From: Hypanus sabinus
Lineage: Eukaryota
Assembly: GCF_030144855.1 (NCBI RefSeq)
Contig: NC_082731.1
Span: 20,274,135 to 20,338,000 of the forward strand
Direction of reading: 5' to 3'
Length of the DNA: 63,866 bases
The notes under the pieces: model-generated
Database searches by the model: none
Told to the model about the DNA's origin: nothing
The model's input: the letters and a program-made list of their open reading frames with translations, nothing else
Position numbers and translations under genes: made by a program
Part shown: piece after piece, positions 10,263 through 21,856 of the stretch
Numbering within the stretch: the first letter of the stretch is position 1
How the letters are laid out: each line of letters opens with the position of its first letter

Positions 10263-10458
10263 NNNNNNNNNNNNNNNNNNNNNNNNNNNNNNNNNNNNNN
10301 NNNNNNNNNNNNNNNNNNNNNNNNNNNNNNNNNNNNNNNNNNNNNNNNNNNNNNNNNNNNNNNNNNNNNNNNNNNNNNNNNNNNNNNNNNNNNNNNNNNN
10401 NNNNNNNNNNNNNNNNNNNNNNNNNNNNNNNNNNNNNNNNNNNNNNNNNNNNNNNNNN
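10263..10458. other. N run (196 nt)
   Basis: Unknown bases next to purine-rich low-complexity DNA. Confidence 0.95.
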
Positions 10459-12039
10459 GGGAGAACAAAAAGAAGAGAAAATAAGGGAAAAGAGAAAGAG
10501 AATGTTGAGGAAATACGTGAGACAGAGTGACTAAAAGAGAGAAAGAAGAGAAGGACAGGGTATCAGGATAATATGCTGTGTTAGCAGATGCGAGAGAAGA
10601 ACTGAGATTTAGAAACAGAGAGACTCTGTTAAAACATGCTCGTTCCGTTTGGTTCCATAATTCTTTCATCTTTCATTTGCGAGGCAACAAAGACTTTGTG
10701 GACGGGAGCATTTCAGTTATTGTGCGACCAGACACACTCGCCCCTGAGGGCTTTGCCGGCCCTTTTACTGGCTACGTGGAGCAATCCATGTTTCAAGCCT
10801 CCCAAGGTAATGCTCCTCAGCTCTTTCTGTGCTACACACTGACGACGTTATCAGTGTTTCATCGTGCACCCATGCTGAGCTCGTCATTTCATCAACTTTG
10901 CCACCAATGTCCACCATGTCCACCATGCCCTAGCATTCAACTGGATATTTTCTGAAAACGTTCTCCATTTTCTCGATCTCTCTCTCCATCTCTGGAGACA
11001 GCTTTTCTATTCCATTGTTACCTTGATTATACCTCTGTCGAGCGTATCCTGTAAAATGCTATTCCTTTATTTTCTGTTCTTCAGCTTCTCTGCATCCGTT
11101 TCCAGGATGACGCTTTCCTTTCTAGGGCATCAGAGTATTGAGAGTATCGGATACGTCTATGATATCCGGTGCTCTCGATACTATAGATTGCTGAGACCCG
11201 ACGGATATTGAGGGATGCTTTGTCGAACACCTTCACTCCATCTGCGAAAAAACGGAATTTCTCGCTGGCCAGCCATTTTAATTCCAATCTCCATTCCGTT
11301 TTCGACATATTGGTCTGAAATCCATGGACTGTTCTTCTGCCACGGTGAGGCGACTCTCAGTGTGGAGGAGCAACAACTCATATTCCGTCCAGTTAGGCTC
11401 CAATTTGAATGCATGGATATTAATTTTGTCTTACTGTATTTGTTTTTCTTTCTCCTTCTTCCATCTTCTTCTATTCCTCACTCTGGGTCTTAACTCTTCT
11501 CCTCACCTGCCCATCATCCTCCCCCTTTGCGACACTCACTCTCCCCTTCCTTTCATGGTTCACGCTCGTCTCCTGTCAGATACCATCTTCTTCAGCTTCT
11601 TAACTTTGTTGAAGTGACATTTGGGTCAAGCACAGGTAGCAGATTAATTTAACTGTCTTCGGCCACTGGCCTTCAGATTCTAAGATGCATTGTAAATTTA
11701 ATTTAAAATGAAGCGGTGAATCATTAATCCCCCAAAAGATTTAAATCACAGACCAGACAATGCTGATTAAAATTCAATTGGATATCTGTGGTCTGGGTAT
11801 AAATCGGGAGTTGTGATTTGCGTGTAGTTCCCAAAAAACATTGTGTAAACACTGTAAATATGGAGTTGTATTTTGACTTTCAACACATAAACTATCAGGT
11901 AGCGTGGGTCAGCGAGACCTTTCGACTGAAAGGGCCTCAATATGATTTCTGCTGCATTTTATGTTGTCAAATAAAGAAACTGCTTTATATCGACAAGTAC
12001 TTTTCTCCAGTCATTTTTTTTCCTGTTCTACCTTCCCTC

Positions 12040-12392
12040 TTGTACTGTCCCCTATTCAGGCCACTTATCTTATCTCTTATCCTGTTTGTCACATTTCCCT
12101 GGTGCTCATCTTCACTTTATAAAATGGTCTACTCTGCTATCAGATTCCTTCCTTTCCAGCCCTTCACCTTTCTCACACACCCGGTTTCACCTATATTCAT
12201 CTGACTTTTCCTCCTATCCGTAACACTGTTTAAAAAAAAATTCAGGCGTCTTTCCCCCTTCATTTTCAGAACTTATTAATGGACTGGGCCCGAAGTATCG
12301 ATTGTTTTATTCTTTTCCATAGACGTTGCCAGACCTACTTAGTACCTCCAGCATTTTGTTTGCATTGCTCCGGATTTCGAGCATCTTCAGAA
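12040..12392 (+). mobile_element. Decayed abundant ray-type interspersed repeat (paralogue ~27830-28145)
   Basis: Pyrimidine-rich body followed by GGCCCGAAGTATCGATTGTTTTATTCTTTTCCATAGACGTTGCCAGACCTACTTAGTACCTCCAGCATTTTGTTTGCATTGCTCCGGATTTCGAGCATCTTCAGA. Same family as the hairpin remnants. Class assignment is from recall only. Confidence 0.5.
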
Positions 12393-12601
12393 AGCAGTGG
12401 GGATTTCAATCTAATTGAAGGATCGTGGCATTTTTCGGCCGTTCGTTCGTTTTTTCATTCCAATGAAATCGCCGAGGTTGGTGAGGGTGGAATGCGTCGG
12501 AAGTAGGATGGCTCCTATCTTGAATGGCCTCCCAACTGGGAAGAATATGTGCGTCGATATACGGTTGCTCAGGAAAATTCAGTGTGAAACTGATAATGAG
12601 T

Positions 12602-12684
12602 TACCAGGAGTGGGGTTCGAACCCACGTGAACATTCGTTCATTGGATCTTAAGTCCAACGCCTTAACCACTCGGCCATCCTGGT
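12602..12684 (-). tRNA. TRL-TAA: tRNA-Leu(TAA), apparently intact
   Basis: Minus strand ACCAGGATGGCCGAGTGGTTAAGGCGTTGGACTTAAGATCCAATGAACGAATGTTCACGTGGGTTCGAACCCCACTCCTGGTA (83 nt). Has a paired acceptor stem, A and B boxes, TAA anticodon and a paired variable arm TGAAC/GTTCA. A T4 run lies ~25 nt downstream (AAAA 12574-12577). Confidence 0.93.
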
Positions 12685-13899
12685 CCGACTAATAGAAAAC
12701 AGCGAAATACCATTACCGACCAATTGAAAAGCGTTCTCGGAGTTCCTGCTGGGATACCGCTGTATGCATTAGGCTGTCGTACCCCTGTGTAGTCGCATTC
12801 CGTTAAAATACTTCAACTTTCCTCGTATTTCAGCTTTCAACTCCTTTAGTTTTTCATACGTGGGCCATAGCACATATCTAAGATTATAAGATTAAGAAAT
12901 GAAGTTCATAGATTTAAGGGGAGAGGAAATAGTTTTATTTTAATATAGGGAGTTTAGTGATACGTTTTTTTACACACTTAGTGGAACTGCCGTGATTTGT
13001 TGGAATCAAATGGAATCATTGAACATATGGAACAGCGCTATTTCTACCTTTAATATCTTTATTTTTCCCTTTCAGGGTTCTTTTTGAAGGCCCTGACCTG
13101 GAGTTACACGCAGGCTTCGGATCTTTGCGGGAACGGGACACTTTCTCAGGATTCCACGACTGGCCCTATATTCGACATGCCAAGGGTTTGGGTTGGGAAT
13201 CTCGATCGTGTTCGGAAGCCGAAGATCTCGGGGCTGTGGTGACGGGCGGATCGAGGAACGGTGTCACGGCAGGAGACTCGTGTGTCGTCGCGGAGTTTGG
13301 AAAATCTTTCCCTGTGGGCCCGAAGAGCCGAGGTCTTTGCGATCTTCGGACACAGAGCTCGAAAAAAACAACGAAAAGGACTTTTAAGATCTTAAACCAG
13401 CGGATTGTTGTTATATCTGCTGCTTCCTGTGAAAATGGGGGATACCTCCCTCTCTCTTGTCAGGGAGAGTGAGAGAACCTATGGTTGTCGAATTTTGGAT
13501 GAAATGCGAAGGTTTTTGGGTATCTTTGGTCTGTATCTTTACTATTGCTTAGCACACGCTTGGGCTCGGTGATGGTACGGTTGCCCGTTTAAAGGGTAGC
13601 ACCTGTAGCAAGGCAGGTATCAGGTCGAGCTCTGATGTCAGGACAGCGAATGTAGAGACCATCCAGCTCGTCGAAAAACAGAACAATGAAGAAATCGGTA
13701 GGCGATGTGTGGAACCAATCGAGCGAGGGGGATAATGGGCAGATGGAGCCATTTACGGGAGGGGAACCGAGGGGAATGTTTGTCTGCAGGTGCTGGAATG
13801 TGACAAGGTAGGTGATTTATTAAATCTGTTACATGTCTATTAACTCTTGCTCAGTCCTGTGAGATGGAGAGCAGGGATGACAGGATCTTGCTTCGTTTC

Positions 13900-14160
13900 A
13901 GGGTATGAGCATAAGGAGAGGTTGGGTAGACTTTGGAGCATTGGAGGCTGGTGGGAAACCTGAGAAATCTGTATTGATGCATCACAGGTACAGATAGGAC
14001 ACAGTAAAATTCTTTTCCAAAGGGCGCTAATGTCAACTAATTGAATACATTGGTTTAAGGCAGGAAGGCAGAGTTTAAACGAGATTTTCCAAGCTAGTGT
14101 CTTCTTTACATGGCGAATGGTGGACACTTGCAACGCTTTATCCGGTGAAGTGTTGGAGGC
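13900..14160 (+). mobile_element. Old, degenerate CR1 ORF2 3'-end fragment (paralogue ~30110-30376)
   Basis: AGGAGAGGTTGGGTAGACTT..TTGGAGGCTGGTGGGAAACCTG..GTCTTCTTTACATGGCGAATGGTGGACACTTGCAACGCTTTATCCGGTGAAGTGTTGGAGGCA resembles the RL..LGL...RRLRGDL / FFTQRVV..WNALP..VVEA coding tail of CR1. Confidence 0.55.
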
Positions 14161-14391
14161 ATAACATAGCCCCCGGCGGATGTTGGACCATTTATTCCAG
14201 GTAAAATTAATGGTTATGAGTAATGCCCCATCCCGTCCAATAGAGGACCGATCAAGCTATTAACCTCAAGGTCACAGAAACTATCCACTTTCTAAGACCT
14301 TCGCACTTAGCATTTTGTTCCTCAATTGAGTTGTTATAAAGTACTTCGAAACCTCGTTTTCAGCACTCTTTCAAACGACTACTCCACACTT

Positions 14392-15935
14392 TGTTGGGGT
14401 CCAGTCCGGAGCCCGCCTACCGGGTCTTGCTCCGGTCCGCGGATTCCGGTCTCCGGGCCTTGCAGCCAGCCCTCCTGTCACACGGAGAAATTGGATCATC
14501 TGGGCTCAAGGACGTACACCTGTTGCCTATTAGCGGGCTGGTGTTTATAAGGGTCTCGGGCACTGAGCCTAGTTCTGGGGTCGTCCTGCTCCGTAGCCGT
14601 TTTAACCCGCTATTTACCTGGAACGCCGGCTCTGAATCCTGTCTGTATCCTGTTCTGTCCTAGTTGCATCCCTGCTCGGAATCCTGTTCTGCCCTGGTTG
14701 CATCCCTGCTCGGAATCCTGTTCTTCCCTGGTTGCCGGCCTCTTCTGTATATGCTTTATCCGGTTGGTCTTGTTCCCTGCTTCCCTCCTGTGCGCTGGTC
14801 CCGCTGTTCCGACTTATTCTCCTTGATCGCGCTCCCACACTGTCTGTTGCCATTCTCAATTTACCGGTGTATCACGGTAGTCCTGCTGTTCATCCTGGAC
14901 CCAGCTTCCTTCTGATCCCTTGCCTCTGTCGGGCAGGTCCGTCCGGACTGCCTCTGCCCGGCGGGGGTTCTGCTCTTTCCACCCATCTCCCTTTTCCTAC
15001 CCGTTGCCTCCGTCGGGCAGATCCGGCCGGCGGGGTTTGTGCCCTTTCCACATATTGCTCCCTAAGTGTTGTGCCCCGCACCTGCCCCAGGCCTCTGTAT
15101 TTCCGCCTAGGATGCGGCACTGTCCGAGATCCATGCGGCCCGCCATGAGGAATCCTCCTGCCCTGCCTGAACACTGGGATCCTCCTGTTTGCCACGATCT
15201 CTGGGATCCTCCTGTCTGCCACAAAGTCTGGGATCCTCCTGTCTGCCTCGTCTGAACAATGGAATCCTTCTGCCCTGCCTGAAAACTGGGATGCTCCTGT
15301 ATGCCACGAACTCTGGGATCCTCCTGCCTCGTCCGAACTCTGGGATCCTCCTGTCTCGTCCGAACTCTGGGATCCTCCTGTCTCGTCCGAACTCTGGGAT
15401 CCTCCTGCCTCTTCCGAACTCTGGGATCCTCCTGTCTCGTCCGAACTCCGGGATCCTCCTGCCTCGTCCGAACTCTGGGATCCTCCTGCCTCGTCCGAAC
15501 TCTGGGATCCTCCTGCCTCGTCCGAACTCTGGGATCCTCCTGTCTCGTCCGAACTCTGGGATCCTCCTGTCTCGTCCGAGCCCTGGGATCCTCCTGTCTC
15601 GTCCGAACTCTGGGATCCTCCTGTCTCGTTCGAACTCTGGGATCCTCCTGCCTCTTCCGAACTCTGGGATCCTCCTGCCTCTTCCGAACTCTGGGATCCT
15701 CCTGCCTCTTCCGAACTCTGGGATCCTCCTGCCTCGTCCGAACTCCGGGATCCTCCTGCCTCGTCCGAACTCTGGGATCCTCCTGTCTCGCCCAAACTCT
15801 GGGATCCTCCTGCCTCCGGAATCCAGACCCGCCTGTCTGACCCTTAACATGCCATGGCATCCCCATCCTGTCCTACCCCTAGTCATTCAGTGTCTGCGTC
15901 CTGCATTTTGGTCCATTCCATGTCCGCTCCTGACA
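14392..15935 (+). mobile_element. Solo LTR (Gypsy/BEL-like), 1544 bp, with 5-bp TSD CACTT
   Basis: Starts TGTTGGGG at 14392 and ends CCTGACA at 15935, flanked by CACTT at 14387-14391 and 15936-15940. The paralogous site at ~30866 is empty (CTCGACACTT|CCAGAAAATC). TTTATAA at ~14544. Orientation is tentative. Confidence 0.85.
15311..15816. repeat. 27-bp minisatellite, 18 full units plus 1 partial, with degenerate units at ~15150-15310
   Basis: Unit CTCTGGGATCCTCCTG(C/T)CTC(G/T)TCCGAA. 15797-15311 = 486 = 18 x 27. Confidence 0.95.
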
Positions 15936-18900
15936 CACTTCCAGACAGTCGTTCTTTGGAATTTCCCACTTTGAGAAAGAATGACTCAACCTCTTGTGCA
16001 CCTGTGCCCAGTAGTGCATGTACCACATTCTGTAAGGAGCATAAACTTCCCCAGTAAATTGCCCTAGATGCGATGTTTCCGAAACTACAGTCGCAGTGGC
16101 TTCAAACTCCGCTGTGCACTCTCATCTCCAGCCACCATGTTCACTCATACTGAAATGATTGATCGACTGCTGCATACACAGGTCGGAAAATAAACTGCAT
16201 TTCTGGAACTGTAAAAATAATGAGGGCTCTATACTCGGACAAGACAGTTAAAGGGCAGCAATGGCCATTGTAGATCCAGGAAAGGGTGAAATAATATGCA
16301 CAAGCCAAGGGCAACGAGCAGTTACAACCAAATACACTCACAACGCAACCACCGTAATCGCACTGACAGCTATTCAGAAGTCAATATCGGCAGTTTGGGG
16401 CCCTGGAATTAATCCCGCGAGTACCGTCCTCACAGAGAGGGAGGCACAAGAATGTCAAATAGGAACAGAGCAGGAAAATGATATGGGTGCAATGGACGGA
16501 AAGCAGGGAATACATTGTGGATGGGTGTTGGAGGTACATAAACTAGAACACACGGTCTGTGGTGAAGGAAGCAGGTGAAGAATGAGGTTCAGCAGCACTG
16601 ACAGGGAATTGCTAAGCTCAGGTGGTGGATTGGCTGGCCCCGAAAGAAACAATGCGCTATAGGAAAGGCAGGCAGCAAATATATATTCAGACAGCCCGTA
16701 TACCTTCGGGACGGTTATCGGATGGCCTGGGACGATGAGGATTTTTAAACGCAACAGGTTCAGGTATTCATCTCGGGCACCAAATACAACAACTGCTGGA
16801 CGCACTGTCTGCCAGCTCAAGTGTCAGTAATTAAAGTGAAATCTCAGCGGTATGAGACGAGTAAGGAGCAGAAAGTAATAAGAAGAAATTGCAATTGTGC
16901 AGGAAGAAACGTGGGCAGCCGGTTGAATAAAAAACAGACAGATCCGATAATGGTATTTTAATATTTTAATATAATGGTATTTTGGATACCATTCAAAAAG
17001 TAGGGGGGGGGGGGAAGTTGGGGAAAGCTTAAGTCTTGTCATAATGAAGAACAGAAAACCTGCAGCGCTGGAAATCCAAGAAATACACACAAAGTGCTGG
17101 AGGAATTGACCTGGACAGGCAACATCTCTGTAGTGATGATCTGTAATTAAGCTGCCTGGCCTCCTGCGTTTCTCCGGCATTTTGTGTGTATTGTCTTGTA
17201 ATTACGGATCACTGCAGCCCGCGGGTAGAAGATTTCCGAACCAGAGACTGCATCGCCAGCAGCGCTGCACGGAATGTTGTCAGATAATCCTTCCAGGGTG
17301 AAGAACTCGTTAGGTGGTTAAGACCAGGAAGCACATTTCACAGAGAAAGTGAAAAATGAAATGTGCCTACTGCGATGGATTCGACAATGGTTACACATCC
17401 CTTATCACCACGATGCTGCCTGTAGGATTAGTGCGCCTTCAGCGTCCCGGACCTCGTGGGGGGCTGATTCCAGGCCGGCGCTGCCGCCTGATGTTTTGTT
17501 TGAGTACGCGGCAGATCTAAAACAGCACAGTACTATGGGACTGAGTTCTTTGGGCACAGAGCTCAGAAAAAGCCAAGCCACCGACTTTGAACACCATAAA
17601 TCAGTGAGATGTTTATTATGTCCCTCTTCTCGCTGTGAAACGGGAACACCTCTTTTCGCCTGATGAAGGAGAAAGAGAGGCTGTGATATTTCGAATATGG
17701 GCGAACGTTTTGCCTTTGATGAACTTCATATATCTGTCTTTCCTAATGCTTTGCTACAGGCTTGAGTGCTCTTACCCGGTGCCGATACTTTTTACTGATG
17801 GGGGAGGGGATCTCGTTGCTTTGATGCTGCTTACGCGAGGCAGGGAGTGGGGGGGTGGCGTGTGGGTGGGTATTGGGGCGGGCGGATCTCCGTTACTAAT
17901 CTCTTCCATTTATTCTTTGGGGCACCCCTCTATTTTCCTGAATGTTTTAGAAGAAATATTATTGCAGGATGTATTTTCTATACCTTTCTCTGACAATAAA
18001 ACTACCTATTTAAACTTTCGAACATATTGAAACCTCAGTGGTCAGGAATGGTAGAAAGCATAAACCAAAGAATACATTTGCCAAAACGACAGCTGATGCG
18101 GAAAGACATGGGTTGATGTATTACCATTCATCCTGATGAGATTGCGAGCAATCCAAACAGCACGCTCGTTTTCAGCCACAATGAGCTTTTGGTCGGGAGA
18201 AAAATCCGATTCCTTATGGGATAATAACGGGTTGCGGTGAGCCTGGCGTGTACAGGGATAGACTGACGCAGTACGTGAAAGAGCTTTGTACACTTTATGA
18301 GTATTGAAGGATCGAGCCAAACAGCAGCACGTTGATGATCAGAGAGATCCACTGGGAAGGGAGATAGTCCTTCCAAATCCCAGCGACCCAGTCATGATGA
18401 GGGTTTTGCTTGAAAGTGTCTGCTCCCAGATTGATCGGAACACAGATGGTACTTTTATAAAGTGAAACTAGTTTGTGGAGACTTCACGAGGCAGCCAGTG
18501 GAAACAATGGATTCAGGTTATACTGTCCGACTCTGCTTCTTGTTGCCACGACAGGCAAAGCCGGAGCAGGAGTGCAGCTCGTAACCGTGTAATTACAGAG
18601 AACCCCCGAGATGGACACCAACTAGAACTGACCACAGTTGATGTAAACTGATCCGTAGTAAACGCGAAGGTGAAGTTGATCGATGTTGTGACAGAACCAC
18701 GTGAATAACATGCTAAAGAGTGAAGGTAAAATTACTCTGTTCTGACCGCTGATTACCGAAGGTATATAATCAGTTGAATAAGAGAAAATAGAAAATATAT
18801 TGCAGAGAACGGATTGGCAGGGATTTAAGTTAAAGCAGACTTATCCATAACTTCGATACCATGGGAGAATGAGCAGGATTGCAGAAGGAATCTGAAGGCC

Positions 18901-20671
18901 GTTATGCTCAGCCTGAATGGGGAATAGAAGTGGACTGGCCCCTTTCAGCAGTTGCACGCAGCGATCGCCTGGGTAGTTCGGACAGGAGAGCAACCAGGGA
19001 GTGGTCGTTGCAGTAATTGAAATGGAGACTACCCGAACCCCTTATTGTACATCGAGGTGAGGGCCCGTGAGCCTGATGAATTTACTTTTTTACTGCCCCT
19101 AAGAAGGGAGGGTGTTAGGTACCAAAGAGTGGATGGATGAAGACAAGGAATTGACTAGGCAATCGGCCAGTAAAGAAAGAGCCAACAGGCATGCGCATGA
19201 AGCTGCATTTCTAAAGACTGTTGTCCACACTTCTGGAGAAACTGTCCGCTTAGTATTTTAAAGGTCGCAATCAGGAATAATAAGGTAGTTATACATGAGC
19301 CTACAGGAATTATGGGAAATTCCGACAGAGGGCATTTTTGCTGCCCAATTTGAGTTGAACTTCCTTGAGATTGGCCTTTCGTGCTAGATAATTATTTTTC
19401 TTTGGGGTGCCATGAGGAGTAAATGTTCGAGAGAATTTTCAATGCAACACATGTGGCAATGAATGTAACTGACTTCGGCCACAAGCATTCAGAGTCGAAT
19501 AGAAACTTTAGATTACTGTCTAACGGAGCTCTGAACAATAGGCTCCGAAACGCCTCAGAACACGGACCGGGCAATGCGTATTAAAATTAATTTATATGTC
19601 TGTGTTATGGGTGTGAACGTGTGGTATGAGGTTTGTGTGTGCTTCCAAAGAAGGCATTATGGGTGCATTGTAAATGTGGAATTGTCCTTTGAGGGAGAAT
19701 GCATAATATATGAGCCAGCCTGGGCAGCGTGTCCTTTCAACCGAAAGGGCCTCAGTACAGTATATTGCCTGCTGTATCATGTTTTTCAAAAAACTCACCC
19801 TGAGTTTTATCGACAATTGTTTTTAGGTGCCTGATTTGCTCCACCCTCTCCTAAGGGACCCTCCTACATACCTCTCCCTCTCTGCTTTCCGCAAGGAGGG
19901 CTATTTCCGGGATTCCTATTCATTTGTCCTCACCACTGATATTCAACCAGGCTCTTATTATTGTAAGCAGCTTGACAGCTACACCTGCGTCACTACCATT
20001 GAGAGCCGAATACGTTTTACTTATTTTCTGCCTCAGTGGCGTTTCCTCCGTTTGGCGGAGGGAAGACATGCGGAGAGAAATGGGTCTGAATTCCGGTTTG
20101 CGGCTGGTCAGAGGAGAGAATAAAAACCAGGGAAAAGTGTGGGGAGCTAATATGCCGCGAAAAGGAGGGAGAAAGAGGGCGATTGGAAATGATGGAGTGA
20201 GAAAGGAAATAAATGAAGGAGACGTAAGAGCACTGACATTGTGTGTGTGTGAGAGAGAGAGAAATGGTGATCGATACAGCAGTAAGTAGAGCGAGAGGCA
20301 GGGGAAGAGAGAGAAGCTGGGAAGTGGAAAATTAGTGGAAGAAGAATGTAAGAAAGGAATGAGGTCCAGCCACCGTGGCGTAGTGTTTATCGGGAAGCTG
20401 TTTTCAGTGCCGGGCATTGGATTTCGGTGTTCGATTCTTGCGCATCTATAAAGGGCCGGATGACCTCGCTTAGGAAAGTGTGGAAATTCCGCGGGATCTC
20501 CAGTCTCCGCTCACAGTCCAACGATGTACTGATAAGTATGTTAATGACTCATGGTAATTCTATCTGTGATTAAGTTAGGAACTCGGATCTCTAGAAGTGA
20601 AACTCGGTGACCGATGGGAGTATTCCGTGATCGACTGCTCAGTAAATAAATTAAACAAAAGTGGAAACTGT

Positions 20672-20812
20672 NNNNNNNNNNNNNNNNNNNNNNNNNNNNN
20701 NNNNNNNNNNNNNNNNNNNNNNNNNNNNNNNNNNNNNNNNNNNNNNNNNNNNNNNNNNNNNNNNNNNNNNNNNNNNNNNNNNNNNNNNNNNNNNNNNNNN
20801 NNNNNNNNNNNN
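20672..20812. other. N run (141 nt)
   Basis: Unknown bases in a GA-rich region. Confidence 0.95.
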
Positions 20813-21037
20813 AGGGAATGGAAAAGACGGAACAAGAGTGAAGGAAGGATACATCGGGGAGGGTTGGCTTTAGAAAGCAATTGAGTAATATGAAAATAAA
20901 GAGGGAAAGACAAAGTATTAGCAAGGAACGAGATAGAGGAACGCAACGCGTGAAAATGAAGGAACGATCAATGTAGGGACACGCAAAGGAATGAAAAATG
21001 GAAGGTTAGAGATGAATATGGTGTGAGGCGTTCAGAG

Positions 21038-21195
21038 NNNNNNNNNNNNNNNNNNNNNNNNNNNNNNNNNNNNNNNNNNNNNNNNNNNNNNNNNNNNNNN
21101 NNNNNNNNNNNNNNNNNNNNNNNNNNNNNNNNNNNNNNNNNNNNNNNNNNNNNNNNNNNNNNNNNNNNNNNNNNNNNNNNNNNNNNNNNNNNNNN
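21038..21195. other. N run (158 nt)
   Basis: Unknown bases in a GA-rich region. Confidence 0.95.
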
Positions 21196-21682
21196 TTCAC
21201 CATAGAATTACTGAAGTGAATTTACATGCAGAGAGGAATATGGAGAAAGACCAAGCATTGAGAAGAGATATGCGGAATAAATGCCGGAGAGTCAGCGAGA
21301 GATATTGAGAGCATGTAATAATAAATGTGAGATAAATAGATAGAGAGATAGATAGTTAGAGAACGGAAGATTGGGTCTTTGTGAGAGAGAGATGGAGAGG
21401 TTCAGTAGAACAGATTGAAGGAATGAAGGGGAAGAATATAGTAAGAATATAGAGCTTAGGAAAATAGAGTGTTATCGATAAGCCCAGGTAGTTCTAAGGT
21501 AAGGACATGTTCAACATAGCTTTGTGGGCCGAATGACTTGCATTGTGCTGTAGGTTTTCTATGTTTCTAGTGAGTGAGATTGCAAATAAGAGAAGGAAGA
21601 GGAATCATTGCGAGGAAGTAATACGTGATAGAAAGTGGTATAAAGGCAAGCAGAAACAGCAAAAAGAACTGAAACAAAATGT

Positions 21683-21725
21683 GATTGGTGTCTGGACCGG
21701 ATTTATTCGGCGCTCACAGCCAATC
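21683..21725 (+). promoter_or_regulatory. V2 promoter: inverted CCAAT box pair
   Basis: GATTGG 21683-21688, CCAATC 21720-21725. Confidence 0.6.
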
Positions 21726-21856
21726 AATGCAACGGCAGGACTGCACCCCCACGTACGCAAGCTGAAATATGCCTCAGTTCTGATTTTGCTCTTCATTATC
21801 AGTCAAGTATATTAAGTTATTCGACTGCAAGGAAGCTGTACTTTGATCCGGACACC

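Larger units (their letters stand above)
7590..16100. repeat. Segmental duplication copy 1 (tRNA-containing block), paralogous to 23430-31010
   Basis: Colinear homology, e.g. 8500 with 24360, 10560 with 26410, 12602 with 28355, 13080 with 28830, 14340 with 30830 and 15960 with 30900. The paired ORFs in the track are also homologous. Confidence 0.85.
16200..21856. repeat. Diverged copy of the basic inter-V spacer unit, homologous to ~31020-35578 and ~36430-41396
   Basis: Same module order: 16260 with 36470, 17070 with 37235, 17700 with 37870, 18500 with 38610, 19200 with 39360, 19830 with 40010 and 20560 with 40910. Confidence 0.8.

Noticed and set aside
10221-10669. Long ORFs around the N runs (also 20541-21205, 25350-26524, 55916-56294)
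   Set aside because: They are open only because N codons translate as X.
15311-15816. Possible CRISPR array
   Set aside because: The units are contiguous with no unique spacers, there are no cas genes, and the context is vertebrate.
14890-15974. Long repetitive ORFs (179-301 aa) resembling mucin, antifreeze or silk-like proteins
   Set aside because: All come from a stop-free 27-bp minisatellite inside a TSD-flanked LTR, and five overlapping frames are open at once.
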